The translations under genes were made by a program, and so were the position numbers. A stretch of DNA of 64,000 bases. Origin: Longimicrobiales bacterium. GTDB lineage: Bacteria; Gemmatimonadota; Gemmatimonadetes; Longimicrobiales; Gaopeijiaceae. Numbering within the stretch: position 1 is the first letter of the stretch; every line of letters begins with the position of its first letter. The stretch spans positions 32,001 through 96,000 of the forward strand of contig OZ252251.1 in the NCBI GenBank assembly GCA_965249725.1. Reading direction: 5' to 3'. The notes below the pieces were generated by a model. The model made no database searches, was not told the DNA's origin, and saw only the letters and a list, made by a program, of their open reading frames with translations. Shown here piece by piece: positions 38,912 to 48,403 of the stretch.

Positions 38912-40054
38912 TCACCCGTTGTCTCTAGACGTTGTCTCTAGACGCTGTCTCTTGAGCCGCTGACGTCCCTCTTCGTCCTTTTGTGTGGTGTACACGGCTC
39001 CGTCGGCTCCAAACCCAGCGATGGACGCGTCGGGATCCAACGTGACCTGACCGACGGCTCGCCCCTCGGCATCGAAGATGTCGAACAAGCTCGGATCGCC
39101 GGCACGCGTGTGGCGGCCGACCCAGATGCGTCCCTCCGGATCGATACGTGTCGAGCCGGCTCGGAACGACGGCATGAGCTCGGGCCATTCGACTTCGTCG
39201 ATCGAGCCACCCCGACCGGCGGCACTACGGTGGAACTGCATGCTGGGCGCGCCTCCACCCATGGTCATCATCACGCTCGGACCCGGTGCGGGTGCGTCCA
39301 GCCAAGCCCGCTTCTCGGCGTCGCCGGGAGTGATCCGCCGGTGATCGACAGGAGGTCCCACGGACACGGATCCATCCGGATGTATGACCTCGACGTAGTA
39401 GCCGTCCGACCGCACCAAGGCGATGGTGCCGTCGCTTCCCACAGCCCAGTCGTCCTCGAGGCTCATGGGCACCTGTTCCATTCGGATCTGCCCCCCGCCC
39501 CCGGACCGCCTCACCTCCCGCGGCTTGTACTTGGCCATCGTCTCTACCTGGGTCGAACCAGACGTAACCCGGCCGACTCGTGAAGAGTCGCGAAAATTCT
39601 GCACGTTCCTCATAGAGAAGTAGATGCGCCCCTCGGAATCGACACCCCGTGGAAGAACTGGGGTGCCACCCCCCAGCACCATCGGGCTGTTCCGAGCGAA
39701 GCTCCCATCGGGGGCGACGATCGTAAGCCTGCTGTTGCCGAGATCGACGAGCAGAGTCGAATCGCCCGGGAAGGCGTGGACGGCATCGGGCTGCCGGTAC
39801 TGCCGAGCACTGCTACCCTCCGCACGCCACACTTCCATGGTGCCGGCGTCCATGTCGATCGCGCCGAGTACCTGTTTGACGGGGTCGGCGGCGAGCACAC
39901 GACCGTCCGCCAGCTCTCGCACACTCGAGAGGAGGTCGAACGCAACAGGGTACTCGACCTCCTCCACTATCCGGAGCTGGACGGCGGCGCTCAAGGGCTC
40001 CGCGGCTGTTACCGAGAGCAGGGCAAGAAGCAACAAAGTGTTTCGAGACATCAT
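38912..40054 (-). CDS. Exported 6-bladed beta-propeller-like protein
   Basis: Signal peptide MSRNTLLLL; SVRELADGRVL, GDSTLLVDLGNSR, IDPEGRIWV. Confidence 0.7.
   Translation of the reverse strand: MMSRNTLLLLALLSVTAAEPLSAAVQLRIVEEVEYPVAFDLLSSVRELADGRVLAADPVKQVLGAIDMDAGTMEVWRAEGSSARQYRQPDAVHAFPGDSTLLVDLGNSRLTIVAPDGSFARNSPMVLGGGTPVLPRGVDSEGRIYFSMRNVQNFRDSSRVGRVTSGSTQVETMAKYKPREVRRSGGGGQIRMEQVPMSLEDDWAVGSDGTIALVRSDGYYVEVIHPDGSVSVGPPVDHRRITPGDAEKRAWLDAPAPGPSVMMTMGGGAPSMQFHRSAAGRGGSIDEVEWPELMPSFRAGSTRIDPEGRIWVGRHTRAGDPSLFDIFDAEGRAVGQVTLDPDASIAGFGADGAVYTTQKDEEGRQRLKRQRLETTSRDNG
38917..38952. repeat. 13-bp tandem repeat CGTTGTCTCTAGA x2 plus a partial copy at the gene 3' end
   Basis: Read directly from the sequence. 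Confidence 0.75.
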
Positions 40055-40286
40055 TCCCCCGTGGAGTCTGGCTGATGCGATGGGTCGATCATGGGTGGAG
40101 TCGGCCGTGTTCGCTACGGCTGCCGGATCAGATGCGAGGACGACGGACCTGGGTTGCCTCGGTCTCAGGCAATCGACCCACACCCTCCCCGATCGACTTT
40201 CCCTCTGCCTGGACCTTCGCGATCTTTCGTCCTCGATGTTGCTCGGGCACGTAGGCCCGGGATCGCCCGCGACCCACGACACTTAC

Positions 40287-42380
40287 ATGATCTCAGACCT
40301 CCTCGACCGGCCGACCCCCAAGCGCTCCGAGACGCTTCGCTTCGAGGGACGCGTCCTGTACCTGGTCGACGATTCCGCGCTGATGGAAGCTCAGTTGGGC
40401 GAGGGACGCGATCTGACGCTCACGGCGGAGTTGAAGGGAAAGCTCCGTGACCAGATCAGCACCGACGAGATCACGCCGGCATATATCTGCCTCTTCTACG
40501 ACGAGACGCTGGGTGACTTCCCTTATCTGGGGCTGTCCGCCACCAACCCGGAGACCGGCACCACCGAGTCACCAGTAACACGGAACGCGGTGAAGAACGG
40601 TGGCTTCGTCTGCTCCGTCGCCGGAAAACGTCGAGGAAAGGGCAGTAGCCGAGAGGCGAGTCCCTATGCCGAGCTGAAGGCCGGGCTTCGGGTCGTGATC
40701 GCCGAGAGCCTGGCGCGCATCTACAACGAGAACTGCCAGAATCTGGGCATTCTCACTACGACCGACTTCGACATCATCCGCCGTATCGAAGAAGGAGAGG
40801 AGATTCCCCTCTCGATCTTCACCGAGGGCCAGGACGAGATCACCCGGCAGATCATCGAATACGGCGGGCTCTTCGAGTTCAACGTGGCCCGCCTCCAGGG
40901 TAAGGTCTCGCTACCGGCACCCCGATGCGAAGACGACGGTGGGACCTCGACTCCCATGACGCTGGCCGAGAAGATCTTCGCCAGACACTGGGTCGTCGAC
41001 GCCGCCGAGGGTGAGGTCGGTGTAGGCGAGGTCACGCCGGGAGAGGCCGGGTTCTTCCGAACCGATGTCCGCTTCTCCCACGAGTACGTCACACCTATGT
41101 CGGCCATCTTCTTCGAGGACAAGGTCGGCGAGAATGGTGAGGTCCTCGATCCGTCGAGCGTCCTCTTCTTCCGGGACCACCTCACGTTCCTCTCCAAGGT
41201 GATGAGCCAGGAACGCGTCGAGCAGGGCCTGCTAGACGTGGCGAACGAACTCGAGGTCAAGCAGAGAGAGTTCGCCGAGAAGCAGGGAATCCGTCTGTAC
41301 GGTGAGCAGATGGGCGACAAGCTCGGCTCCGAGGCGATCTGCCACTCGAAGATCCTCGAAGAGTATGCCGAGCCCGGCATGCTCATCATCGGATCCGACT
41401 CGCACACGCCCCATGCCGGAGCCATCGGCTGCGTGGCCTTCGGTGTGGGTACGACGGCGATCTTCAATTCGTGGATCACGAAGGACGTGCGGGCCCAGGT
41501 ACCCGTGTCGTTCAAGGTCGTCATCTCCGGCGAGCCCAAGGCCAATGTCACGGCCAAGGACTATATGCTCGAGATCCTGAGGAATCCCTACATCCGTGAC
41601 GGCCACGCTATCGGGCAGGTCATCGAGTACGCCGGCCCCGCCGTAGAGGCCCTGTCCGTAGACGAGCGTGCGACCATGACCAACATGGCCGCGGAGGTCG
41701 GGGCGTTCACGGGAATCGTGGCCGCTGACGAGAAGACCGTCGAGTTCCTCGTGCATGACAGGGGAGTGGAGCAGGCGACAGCCGAGGCCCTGATCCAGGG
41801 GATGCAGAGCGATCCGGATGCGTCGTACGTGAAGGTCATCGAAGTCGACGCGTCTGCGATCGAACCGATGGCGGCCCTCCCCGGCGACCCCGGAAACGGC
41901 GTGGTCATCGCTGAGCTGTCCTCGGAGCCGATCCGCATCGACATCGCCTACGCGGGCTCCTGCACGGCAGGCAAGAAGGAGGACATGGATATGTACGCCC
42001 GCGTCTTCCGCGAGGCGCAGGAGACCGCCGGACTCACCGTCCACCCCGATGTGGAGTGCTTTATCCAGTGTGGCTCGATCGAGGTCCGAGAGTATTGCCG
42101 AGAGAAGGGGTACTTGGAGCTGTTCGAGAGGGCCGGCGCTTCGTTCATCGAACCCGGGTGCGGCGCATGCATCAACGCCGGCCCCGGTGTGACGCGCTCA
42201 CAGGCCGAGGTGTCGGTGTCTTCGCAGAACAGAAACTTCCCGGGACGTTCCGGGCCCGGTCAGCTGTACCTGGTGTCTCCATACTCGGTCGCCGCCAGCG
42301 CCATCGCCGGCTTCGTGACCCAGTGGGAGCCGGGTAAGGCCATCCAGCCGATTACGCCCCGCAAGCTGGCGGTGGTGTAG
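40287..42380 (+). CDS. Aconitase-family dehydratase with the swivel (LeuD-like) domain fused N-terminal to the LeuC-like domains
   Basis: DQISTDEITP, GKGSSRE, ARIYNENCQNLG; then MTLAEKI, GSDSHT, GSCT, PGCGAC, NRNFPGRSG. Confidence 0.88.
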   Translation: MISDLLDRPTPKRSETLRFEGRVLYLVDDSALMEAQLGEGRDLTLTAELKGKLRDQISTDEITPAYICLFYDETLGDFPYLGLSATNPETGTTESPVTRNAVKNGGFVCSVAGKRRGKGSSREASPYAELKAGLRVVIAESLARIYNENCQNLGILTTTDFDIIRRIEEGEEIPLSIFTEGQDEITRQIIEYGGLFEFNVARLQGKVSLPAPRCEDDGGTSTPMTLAEKIFARHWVVDAAEGEVGVGEVTPGEAGFFRTDVRFSHEYVTPMSAIFFEDKVGENGEVLDPSSVLFFRDHLTFLSKVMSQERVEQGLLDVANELEVKQREFAEKQGIRLYGEQMGDKLGSEAICHSKILEEYAEPGMLIIGSDSHTPHAGAIGCVAFGVGTTAIFNSWITKDVRAQVPVSFKVVISGEPKANVTAKDYMLEILRNPYIRDGHAIGQVIEYAGPAVEALSVDERATMTNMAAEVGAFTGIVAADEKTVEFLVHDRGVEQATAEALIQGMQSDPDASYVKVIEVDASAIEPMAALPGDPGNGVVIAELSSEPIRIDIAYAGSCTAGKKEDMDMYARVFREAQETAGLTVHPDVECFIQCGSIEVREYCREKGYLELFERAGASFIEPGCGACINAGPGVTRSQAEVSVSSQNRNFPGRSGPGQLYLVSPYSVAASAIAGFVTQWEPGKAIQPITPRKLAVV

Positions 42381-42386
42381 AGGCCT

Positions 42387-43250
42387 GTGTCCTCGCTCGA
42401 GCCTTTCGCCCCGGACCGAGCGCTGTATCCGTTCGAGTCCCACTGGTTCCAAAGCACCGTAGGGCAGGTCCACTACATCGACGAGGGCTCGGGGCCGCCC
42501 ATCCTCTTTCTGCACGGTAACCCGACGTGGAGCTTTCTCTACCGGGGAATCGTGATCCGACTGAGGAAGCACTTCCGGTGCATCGCCTTGGACTATCCGG
42601 GCTTCGGCCTCTCCGTCCATCCCCCGACCTACGGATATACCGCTGCCGAGCACGCCGAAGTGGTGACCGGACTCGTGCGCGGACTGGGACTCGAGGACCT
42701 GACGATCATGGGACAGGACTGGGGCGGCCCCATCGGCATGCGCGTGGCGTTGAACGAGAGGGACCGCATGCGATCCCTCGTCATGGGCAACACTTGGTAC
42801 TGGCCGGCCGCTTCCCTGCTCATGCAGGGCTTCTCCAAGATCATGTCTTCGGGGTTCGTCCAGGGGCAGATTTTCAAGAAGAACCTCTTCGTGGAGAGGA
42901 TCATGCCCATGGCGGTCAAGCATAGGCTCGCCCCCGAGATCATGGACCACTATCGAGGCCCCCTGCGCACGCTGGACTCGCGGGCTGGAGTGGCCGAGTT
43001 CCCGAAGGAGATCACCCAAGCGGCTCTCTGGCTCGGCACCATAGCCGACGAGGTGCCCGACGTTCTAGGGGATCTCCCACTGCTCCTGACCTGGGGGATC
43101 TACGATCAGTTCTTCGGCTCGGCCCTCATGGAGCGGTTCAAGGCCGACTTCAAGAACGTCCGCACGACGCGACTGGACGCCAAGCACTACATTCAAGAGG
43201 ACGCGCCCGCCGAGATCGCGAAGGCGATCGAGGCGTTCCTGGGGCGCTGA
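42387..43250 (+). CDS. Alpha/beta hydrolase, haloalkane dehalogenase-like
   Basis: HGNPTWSFLYR, QDWGG (Asp nucleophile), AKHYIQED. Confidence 0.85.
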   Translation: MSSLEPFAPDRALYPFESHWFQSTVGQVHYIDEGSGPPILFLHGNPTWSFLYRGIVIRLRKHFRCIALDYPGFGLSVHPPTYGYTAAEHAEVVTGLVRGLGLEDLTIMGQDWGGPIGMRVALNERDRMRSLVMGNTWYWPAASLLMQGFSKIMSSGFVQGQIFKKNLFVERIMPMAVKHRLAPEIMDHYRGPLRTLDSRAGVAEFPKEITQAALWLGTIADEVPDVLGDLPLLLTWGIYDQFFGSALMERFKADFKNVRTTRLDAKHYIQEDAPAEIAKAIEAFLGR

Positions 43251-43431
43251 GGGACCGCGCGGCCTCCTAGCGAGAGGTGGACCCAACCAGGGCGCACCGA
43301 GCGTTCGCCTCAACCGACACTTGATCACACCCTGGGAGCGCCTGCCCCCCATAGGCATACGGTGCTATCACATACGTTCGAGAGAGCCCGTGATGCCGGT
43401 CGTAGCGGTCTTGGTTCCCGCCCTTCGCCGG

Positions 43432-43647
43432 CTAGCTTGCCCCGTCCGGAGCTCCAGAGCGATACAGGATCACCCGCGCCTTTTCGAGCGTGACCAAGCC
43501 CCCACCGATCATGGCGTCCAGCTCCGGCAGCACCTCCTGGATGCGCTCTTCCTCCTCGACCACCTCTACGATCACCGGGAGGTCGGTGGAGAGCCTCAGC
43601 ACCCGGTCGGTGTGAAGCCGTGCGCTGGCCCCGAACCCCGGAGCACC
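43432..43647 (-). pseudogene. C-terminal half of a DUF190 (PII-like) gene
   Basis: Manual translation: GFGASARLHTDRVLRLSTDLPVIVEVVEEEERIQEVLPELDAMIGGGLVTLEKARVILYR. No start or N-terminal half. Confidence 0.8.
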
Positions 43648-43680
43648 AAAAGAAAAGACCCGGCAATCGCTTGCCGGATC
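43648..43680 (-). terminator. Intrinsic terminator of the tRNA operon
   Basis: Minus strand: CCGGCAA-GCGA-TTGCCGG followed by GTCTTTTCTTTT. Confidence 0.85.
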
Positions 43681-43683
43681 CGA

Positions 43684-43756
43684 TGGTCGCTACTGGACTC
43701 GAACCAGTGACTTCTACGATGTGAACGTAGCGCTCTACCAACTGAGCTAAGCGACC
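43684..43756 (-). tRNA. tRNA-Val(CAC), CCA not encoded
   Basis: Acceptor GGTCGCT/AGCGACC, D-arm AGCTCAGTTGGTAGAGC, anticodon arm CTACG-TTCACAT-CGTAG, T-loop GGTTCGAGTCC. Confidence 0.95.
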
Positions 43757-43807
43757 CTGGCTGCGACCGCGGCGTTCCCGCCGCGATCCTGTCGATCGAA
43801 AAATCAG

Positions 43808-43880
43808 TACCCCCACGGGGAATCGAACCCCGGTTTCCTGGCTGAGAACCAGGTGTCCTAGGCCACTAGACGATGGGGGC
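43808..43880 (-). tRNA. tRNA-Glu(CTC), CCA not encoded
   Basis: Acceptor GCCCCCA/TGGGGGT, anticodon arm CCTGG-TTCTCAG-CCAGG, T-loop GGTTCGATTCC. Confidence 0.95.
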
Positions 43881-43913
43881 AAAATACCCGGACCTCACGC
43901 CTTGAGGGGCGAA

Positions 43914-43942
43914 AGAATACATAGTATGGGATCCCGATTCAA
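43914..43942 (-). promoter_or_regulatory. Sigma70-type promoter for the tRNAs
   Basis: TTGAAT-17 bp-TATTCT on the minus strand. Confidence 0.6.
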
Positions 43943-44053
43943 CCCCCTGGAACGGCGGGGTGTCTATAGGGTTAAGTCAACAAGTGCCAACGAATTGGGC
44001 CAACGAACTAGGCTGGCGAACTAGACCGGCGAACGAGAGAAGTTGAACGATAC

Positions 44054-44344
44054 ATGGCCGAGAAGCTGAACGACGAATCCATCCGTGGATGGTTGGGTGG
44101 ACGAAAAGGGTGGAAGCGTAAGGGGAAGACACTGATCAAGGAGTTCAGTTTCACGTCCTTCCGTGATTCCATCGTGTTCGTCAATCGAGTTGCCAGCCTG
44201 GCCGACGACCTGGACCACCATCCCGACATCGGCATCCGCTACACCACGGTGAACCTGACGTTGACCACACACGAAGCCAAGGGTCTCACGCAGAAGGACC
44301 TCGAGTTCGCCGAGCGAGTCGACTTCGCGACCTCGGCACGCTGA
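44054..44344 (+). CDS. phhB: Pterin-4-alpha-carbinolamine dehydratase
   Basis: FVNRVA..A...DHHPDI, LTTHEAKGLTQKD. Confidence 0.9.
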   Translation: MAEKLNDESIRGWLGGRKGWKRKGKTLIKEFSFTSFRDSIVFVNRVASLADDLDHHPDIGIRYTTVNLTLTTHEAKGLTQKDLEFAERVDFATSAR

Positions 44345-44995
44345 CTAGGGACGTAGATCCAGTAGGTCTCTCAGCCTCTCCAGATAGAAATCGGGCTTCA
44401 CCTCCTCGAGGTGCGCTCTAGCAAAGGGCCCCCACAACGCCGCAGCCGTGTACACACCGGCTGCCCTTCCCGCCATTGCGTCATAAGGGGAGTCCCCGAG
44501 GAAGATCACGCGCTCGGGCCGCTCGATTCCCAAGCGATCTAGCGCGAGCTGTACCGGCTCGGGATCCGGCTTGCCGTTCTCCACATCGTCGAACGTCACC
44601 ACCACGTCGAAGGCCTCTCCCATCCCGCAGCAGTCCAGCGTTCGCAGCGCCATCTCCTTTGCCTTGCTGGTCACCACTGCGACCCGGGTGCCCACCTCCT
44701 TCAAGCTCGCGACCACGTCCAAGGCGCCAGGGAAGGCAAGCACCATCTCATCGTGGATCGTGCGCTGGAAGGTCCTGTATGTGTCGATCATCGCCTCTGC
44801 CTCGGCCGCCGAGCGAGCGAAGTCCTGCATCTGAACGCGCAGGGGCTTTCCCATCGTGGCCAGCCAGTCCTCGTCGGGGCTCTCCTGGCCGAGATGCTCA
44901 AGCGTGGCATGGCGGAAGGACCTCAGGATCAACCCGGTGGTGTCCGCGAGCGTCCCATCGAGATCGAACAGGACGGCATCCCACACGGGTGTCAC
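44345..44995 (-). CDS. HAD-family phosphatase (PpaX-like)
   Basis: FDLDGTL, VVTSK, KPDPEP, GDSPYD; GTG start at 44995. Confidence 0.88.
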   Translation of the reverse strand: MTPVWDAVLFDLDGTLADTTGLILRSFRHATLEHLGQESPDEDWLATMGKPLRVQMQDFARSAAEAEAMIDTYRTFQRTIHDEMVLAFPGALDVVASLKEVGTRVAVVTSKAKEMALRTLDCCGMGEAFDVVVTFDDVENGKPDPEPVQLALDRLGIERPERVIFLGDSPYDAMAGRAAGVYTAAALWGPFARAHLEEVKPDFYLERLRDLLDLRP

Positions 44996-45047
44996 TCGAG
45001 AACCTCCGTCGAGCACCTCCATCGAGCACCTCCCTCGAGCACCTCCG
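44996..45047 (-). repeat. 13-bp tandem repeat x4, each copy containing GGAGGT
   Basis: Minus-strand units NGGAGGT(G/T)CTCGA directly upstream of the HAD start. Confidence 0.85.
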
Positions 45048-45065
45048 TAGTGGACGTCTGCCGCC

Positions 45066-46409
45066 TCACCCCGCCAACCCGGCCCGTACCACCTCGGTCA
45101 GACACTCGATGCCGAACTCCACCTGGGCTTCAGAGACCGGAGCGGGCGGCGCGATCTCCACGACCTCTCCGTGGGCACCCGCGGGCAGAACCAGCAGCCC
45201 CTCCTTGAGAGCGGCCGTCGCGATCGAGACGCCCGCACCCATCCGGGAGCCCATCTCGATACCGATGAGCAGACCCCGACCCCTCACCTCGCTCACTCCG
45301 GGGACCTTGCCCACCAGAGCTCGGCTGAGGTCACGCCTCAAACGGTCGCCAAGGGTGGCGGCCCGACTCACGAGATCTTCCTCCTCCAGAACGTCGAGGA
45401 AGGCGAGCGCTGTCGCACACGACAACGGGTGACCGAGGAAGGTGCTCGTGTGCAGCGCCTCGCCCGTCGATTCAGGCCAAGCGTCCATGACGTCGCGAGA
45501 GCCCAGGCATGCGCTCAGCGGGAGGCCACCCCCCAACGCTTTCCCCACACAGAGCAGGTCGGGCACCACCCCTTCGTGTTCCAAGGCGAACAAGGCCCCT
45601 GTGCGCCCGAACCCCGTGAAGATCTCATCGAAGACGAGCAGGGCGCCCGCCGATCTGGTCAGATCCGCCAGTCGGTTCAGGAAGCCGGGCGGTGGCACGC
45701 GCACCCCTGCCCTGCCCTGGATGGGCTCCACCAACACCGCCCCGATGGGGTCCGGGAACGGGCCGCTCCCTGCCAAGATCTGCTCGACCTGAGCGAGCGC
45801 AGACTCCGTGGCGTCCGCAGCGTCCACGGCCTCGCCGTGGGGAAAGGGCGCGAACGCGACTTTGTCGTGCAGCCGCCCTTGGAAGGGAGTCCGGAAGTCG
45901 GCCCGCTCGGTTGCCGCCAGGCTGCCCAACGTGAGTCCGTGGTAGCCCCCCTCGAACGCCAGGATCCCTGATCTGCCGGTCGCCAACTCGGCGGTTTTGA
46001 GAGCGACCTCGACCGCCTCGGACCCGGAGGATGCCAGAACGCTCCGGGTATCGTCCCAGGGTGCCAACGCGGCGAGGCGCTCCAGCAGCTCGAGCTTGGG
46101 CTCGGGCGGGTGTATGTCGCCCATCCCGTGCACCAAGCGTCCCGCCTGCTCCTCCAAGGCGGCTCGGATCAGGGGGTGAGCATGACCCGCGAGCGCCACG
46201 CCGAACGCACCGGTGAAGTCGACGTACACGTTCCCATCCACGTCTCGGACGTTGGCGCCCGCCGCGGCCTCCCAGAACACGGGAAAACTCGGGGAGAGAA
46301 ACGTGACGTTCCGGGACTCGACTCCTCGCAACCGCTCCGCCAGGGCCAGCGAGCGGGGTCCGGGCGGGGGAGTGACGAGGGACGGGAGGAGCGAGCCGAA
46401 CTCGGGCAT
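45066..46409 (-). CDS. Class III PLP aminotransferase (GabT/ArgD-like)
   Basis: DVDGNVYVDF, SGSEAVE, YHG, EPIQG, DEIFTGFGRTG, GKALGGG. Confidence 0.9.
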   Translation of the reverse strand: MPEFGSLLPSLVTPPPGPRSLALAERLRGVESRNVTFLSPSFPVFWEAAAGANVRDVDGNVYVDFTGAFGVALAGHAHPLIRAALEEQAGRLVHGMGDIHPPEPKLELLERLAALAPWDDTRSVLASSGSEAVEVALKTAELATGRSGILAFEGGYHGLTLGSLAATERADFRTPFQGRLHDKVAFAPFPHGEAVDAADATESALAQVEQILAGSGPFPDPIGAVLVEPIQGRAGVRVPPPGFLNRLADLTRSAGALLVFDEIFTGFGRTGALFALEHEGVVPDLLCVGKALGGGLPLSACLGSRDVMDAWPESTGEALHTSTFLGHPLSCATALAFLDVLEEEDLVSRAATLGDRLRRDLSRALVGKVPGVSEVRGRGLLIGIEMGSRMGAGVSIATAALKEGLLVLPAGAHGEVVEIAPPAPVSEAQVEFGIECLTEVVRAGLAG

Positions 46410-46419
46410 CTAGAGGCTT

Positions 46420-47319
46420 CTACTCTTGGCCGAGCGGATCCTCGGCCGCCATGCCCATGGCGTGAAAGCCCATGTCCACGTGCAGCGTCTCCCCCGTAAT
46501 GGCGGCCCCGAGCGGAGAGCAGAGAAACGCCGCCGCGTTGCCCACGTCGTCGGCCGTGTTCACGTCGCCAATGGCGGAGTTCTCCCGGTAGTAGTCCACC
46601 ATGCGATCGATGGACCCGATGGCCTTGGCCGCCCTACTGGCGAGCGGGCCCGCGGAGATCGTGTTCACTCGAAGGCCCCATCGCCGGCCTGCCTCGAACG
46701 CGAGGGTGCGGGTGTCGCTCTCGAGCGCCGCCTTGGCAGAACTCATACCGCCTCCGTAGCCCGGAATGACCCTCTCCCCCGCCAGATAGGTCAGGGACAC
46801 CACCGATCCACCCTCCCTCATGAGAGGACCGAAACGCTGAACCATCCCCACCATCGAGTATGCGCTGGCGCTGACCGCGGCCAGGTACCCAGCCCTGCTC
46901 GTGTCCACCAAGGCGTTCTGGACCTCGGGTCCATTGGCCAGTGAGTGTACCAGCACGTCCACACAGGGATCTCCGAAGTCACTCCTGAGACCGTCGGCGA
47001 CCTCCTGCAGAGTGTAGCCCGTCAGGTCGCGGTACCGCTTGTCCTCACGGATGTCGTCGGGCACGTCGTCGGGCGTGTCGAAGACAGCGTCCATCGGGTA
47101 GATCTTTTCGATCTCTACCTCCCCGCCTCCCGGCAGGCTCAGGTCCAGCTTGCCGCGCTCCAGGCTCATGGTGAAGATCTTCAGGACGGGCGGCCACGTT
47201 CCTACGCAGACGGACGCACCTGCCTGAGCCAGGGCTCGGACGATGGCCCAGCCGTATCCCTTGTCGTCCGCGACTCCCGCCACGAACGCTCTCTTGCCCG
47301 TCAGGTCTATGGGAAGCAT
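46420..47319 (-). CDS. fabI: Enoyl-ACP reductase, plant/Chlamydia-type
   Basis: [49 protein letters not shown]. Confidence 0.9.
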   Translation of the reverse strand: MLPIDLTGKRAFVAGVADDKGYGWAIVRALAQAGASVCVGTWPPVLKIFTMSLERGKLDLSLPGGGEVEIEKIYPMDAVFDTPDDVPDDIREDKRYRDLTGYTLQEVADGLRSDFGDPCVDVLVHSLANGPEVQNALVDTSRAGYLAAVSASAYSMVGMVQRFGPLMREGGSVVSLTYLAGERVIPGYGGGMSSAKAALESDTRTLAFEAGRRWGLRVNTISAGPLASRAAKAIGSIDRMVDYYRENSAIGDVNTADDVGNAAAFLCSPLGAAITGETLHVDMGFHAMGMAAEDPLGQE

Positions 47320-47420
47320 GGCAGCACTGCTCCTTGGCGTGTCTCTGTCCGCAGCTGTGAGTGGGAGATCGCTCCCGAATTCAACTGCAAGAACCTAAGA
47401 CGGATGAGGCGGCGCCGTCG

Positions 47421-47459
47421 ACCTACAACAGCACCTACAACAGCACCTATAACAGCACC
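47421..47459. repeat. 12-bp tandem repeat x3 duplicating the last codons and stop of the antiporter gene
   Basis: Minus strand: GTGCTGTTATAG-GTGCTGTTGTAG-GTGCTGTTGTAG. Confidence 0.85.
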
Positions 47460-48403
47460 CAGGCCCCGAGCGTCAGATAGGTCCCCAGCAACACGATCCC
47501 CTCGGCTCTCCGGATGGTGAGGTTGGCTCGCACGATCGGGACCAGCAACACCGACATGATCACGACGGCTGGGAACTCCAGGCTCAGCACCTCCGGATGC
47601 ACGGAAAGGGGAGAGACTGTCGCGGTGATGCCGAGAATCGCCGCGATGTTGAAGACGTTGGAACCGATGATGTTGCCGACGGCGATGTCGGCCTCACCAC
47701 GCCAGGTGGCGACGAGCGACGTGGCCAGCTCCGGAAGCGAGGTCCCGATGGAGACCAATGTGAGCCCGATGACCAGCTCCGAGATTCCCATCGCCTCGGC
47801 GAGGGCGACGGCCGACTCACGAATGGCGAACGCGCCAATCACGAGCCCCGTGATACCCATCGCGATGAGGGCGAGATCCCGCGCCGCGGCCCACGGAGTC
47901 AGGCCGACGGTCTCCTTGGCGAACTGCTCGTACTCCTCCAAGACCTCTTCGTCTTCCTGCTTCGCCGTCCGGAAGACGAACCACAAGTAGGCACAGAGCA
48001 CCACCAACAGGGCGAGGCCCTCCACTCGGGAAATCCGCAGGTCCCAGATCAGGGGAAGCAGGAAGGCCGTGATGATCAGCATCACGGGCACCTCTCGGGT
48101 CACCACGCGCCCCGCGACGTCCAGCGGCTTCACAATGGCGCTGATACCGAGCACGAGACCGATGTTCGCCAGGTTCGACCCCATCACGTTGCCGATGGCC
48201 AAATCGCCGTTGCCGCCCGCGGCCGCTACGAGCGAGACGACGAGTTCCGGAGCCGAGGTCCCCATGGACACCACGGTGAGGCCCAGAACGATGGGGGTGA
48301 TTCCCACCGAAGAGGCCAGGCGAGCACTCCCACGCACGAGCCACTCGGCCCCGAAGTAGAGGACACCGACACCACCGGTGAAGAGCAGAAGCTCTCGCGT
48401 CAT
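47447..48403 (-). CDS. Calcium/sodium antiporter (YrbG family)
   Basis: GTSAPEL and GTSLPEL, GSNLAN and GSNVFN alpha repeats. Confidence 0.92.
   Translation of the reverse strand: MTRELLLFTGGVGVLYFGAEWLVRGSARLASSVGITPIVLGLTVVSMGTSAPELVVSLVAAAGGNGDLAIGNVMGSNLANIGLVLGISAIVKPLDVAGRVVTREVPVMLIITAFLLPLIWDLRISRVEGLALLVVLCAYLWFVFRTAKQEDEEVLEEYEQFAKETVGLTPWAAARDLALIAMGITGLVIGAFAIRESAVALAEAMGISELVIGLTLVSIGTSLPELATSLVATWRGEADIAVGNIIGSNVFNIAAILGITATVSPLSVHPEVLSLEFPAVVIMSVLLVPIVRANLTIRRAEGIVLLGTYLTLGAWVLL

Noticed and set aside
39624..40286. N-terminal extension of the 918-aa aconitase ORF
   Set aside because: It is mostly antisense to the propeller gene; recognisable sequence begins at ATG 40287.
43250..43880. 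Prophage or integrative island at the tRNAs
   Set aside because: No integrase, phage gene or duplicated tRNA end was seen; only a DUF190 scar.
43970..43992. Sigma54 promoter (TGGCAC...TTG on the minus strand)
   Set aside because: The -24/-12 spacing is 2 bp short and the GC dinucleotide is absent.
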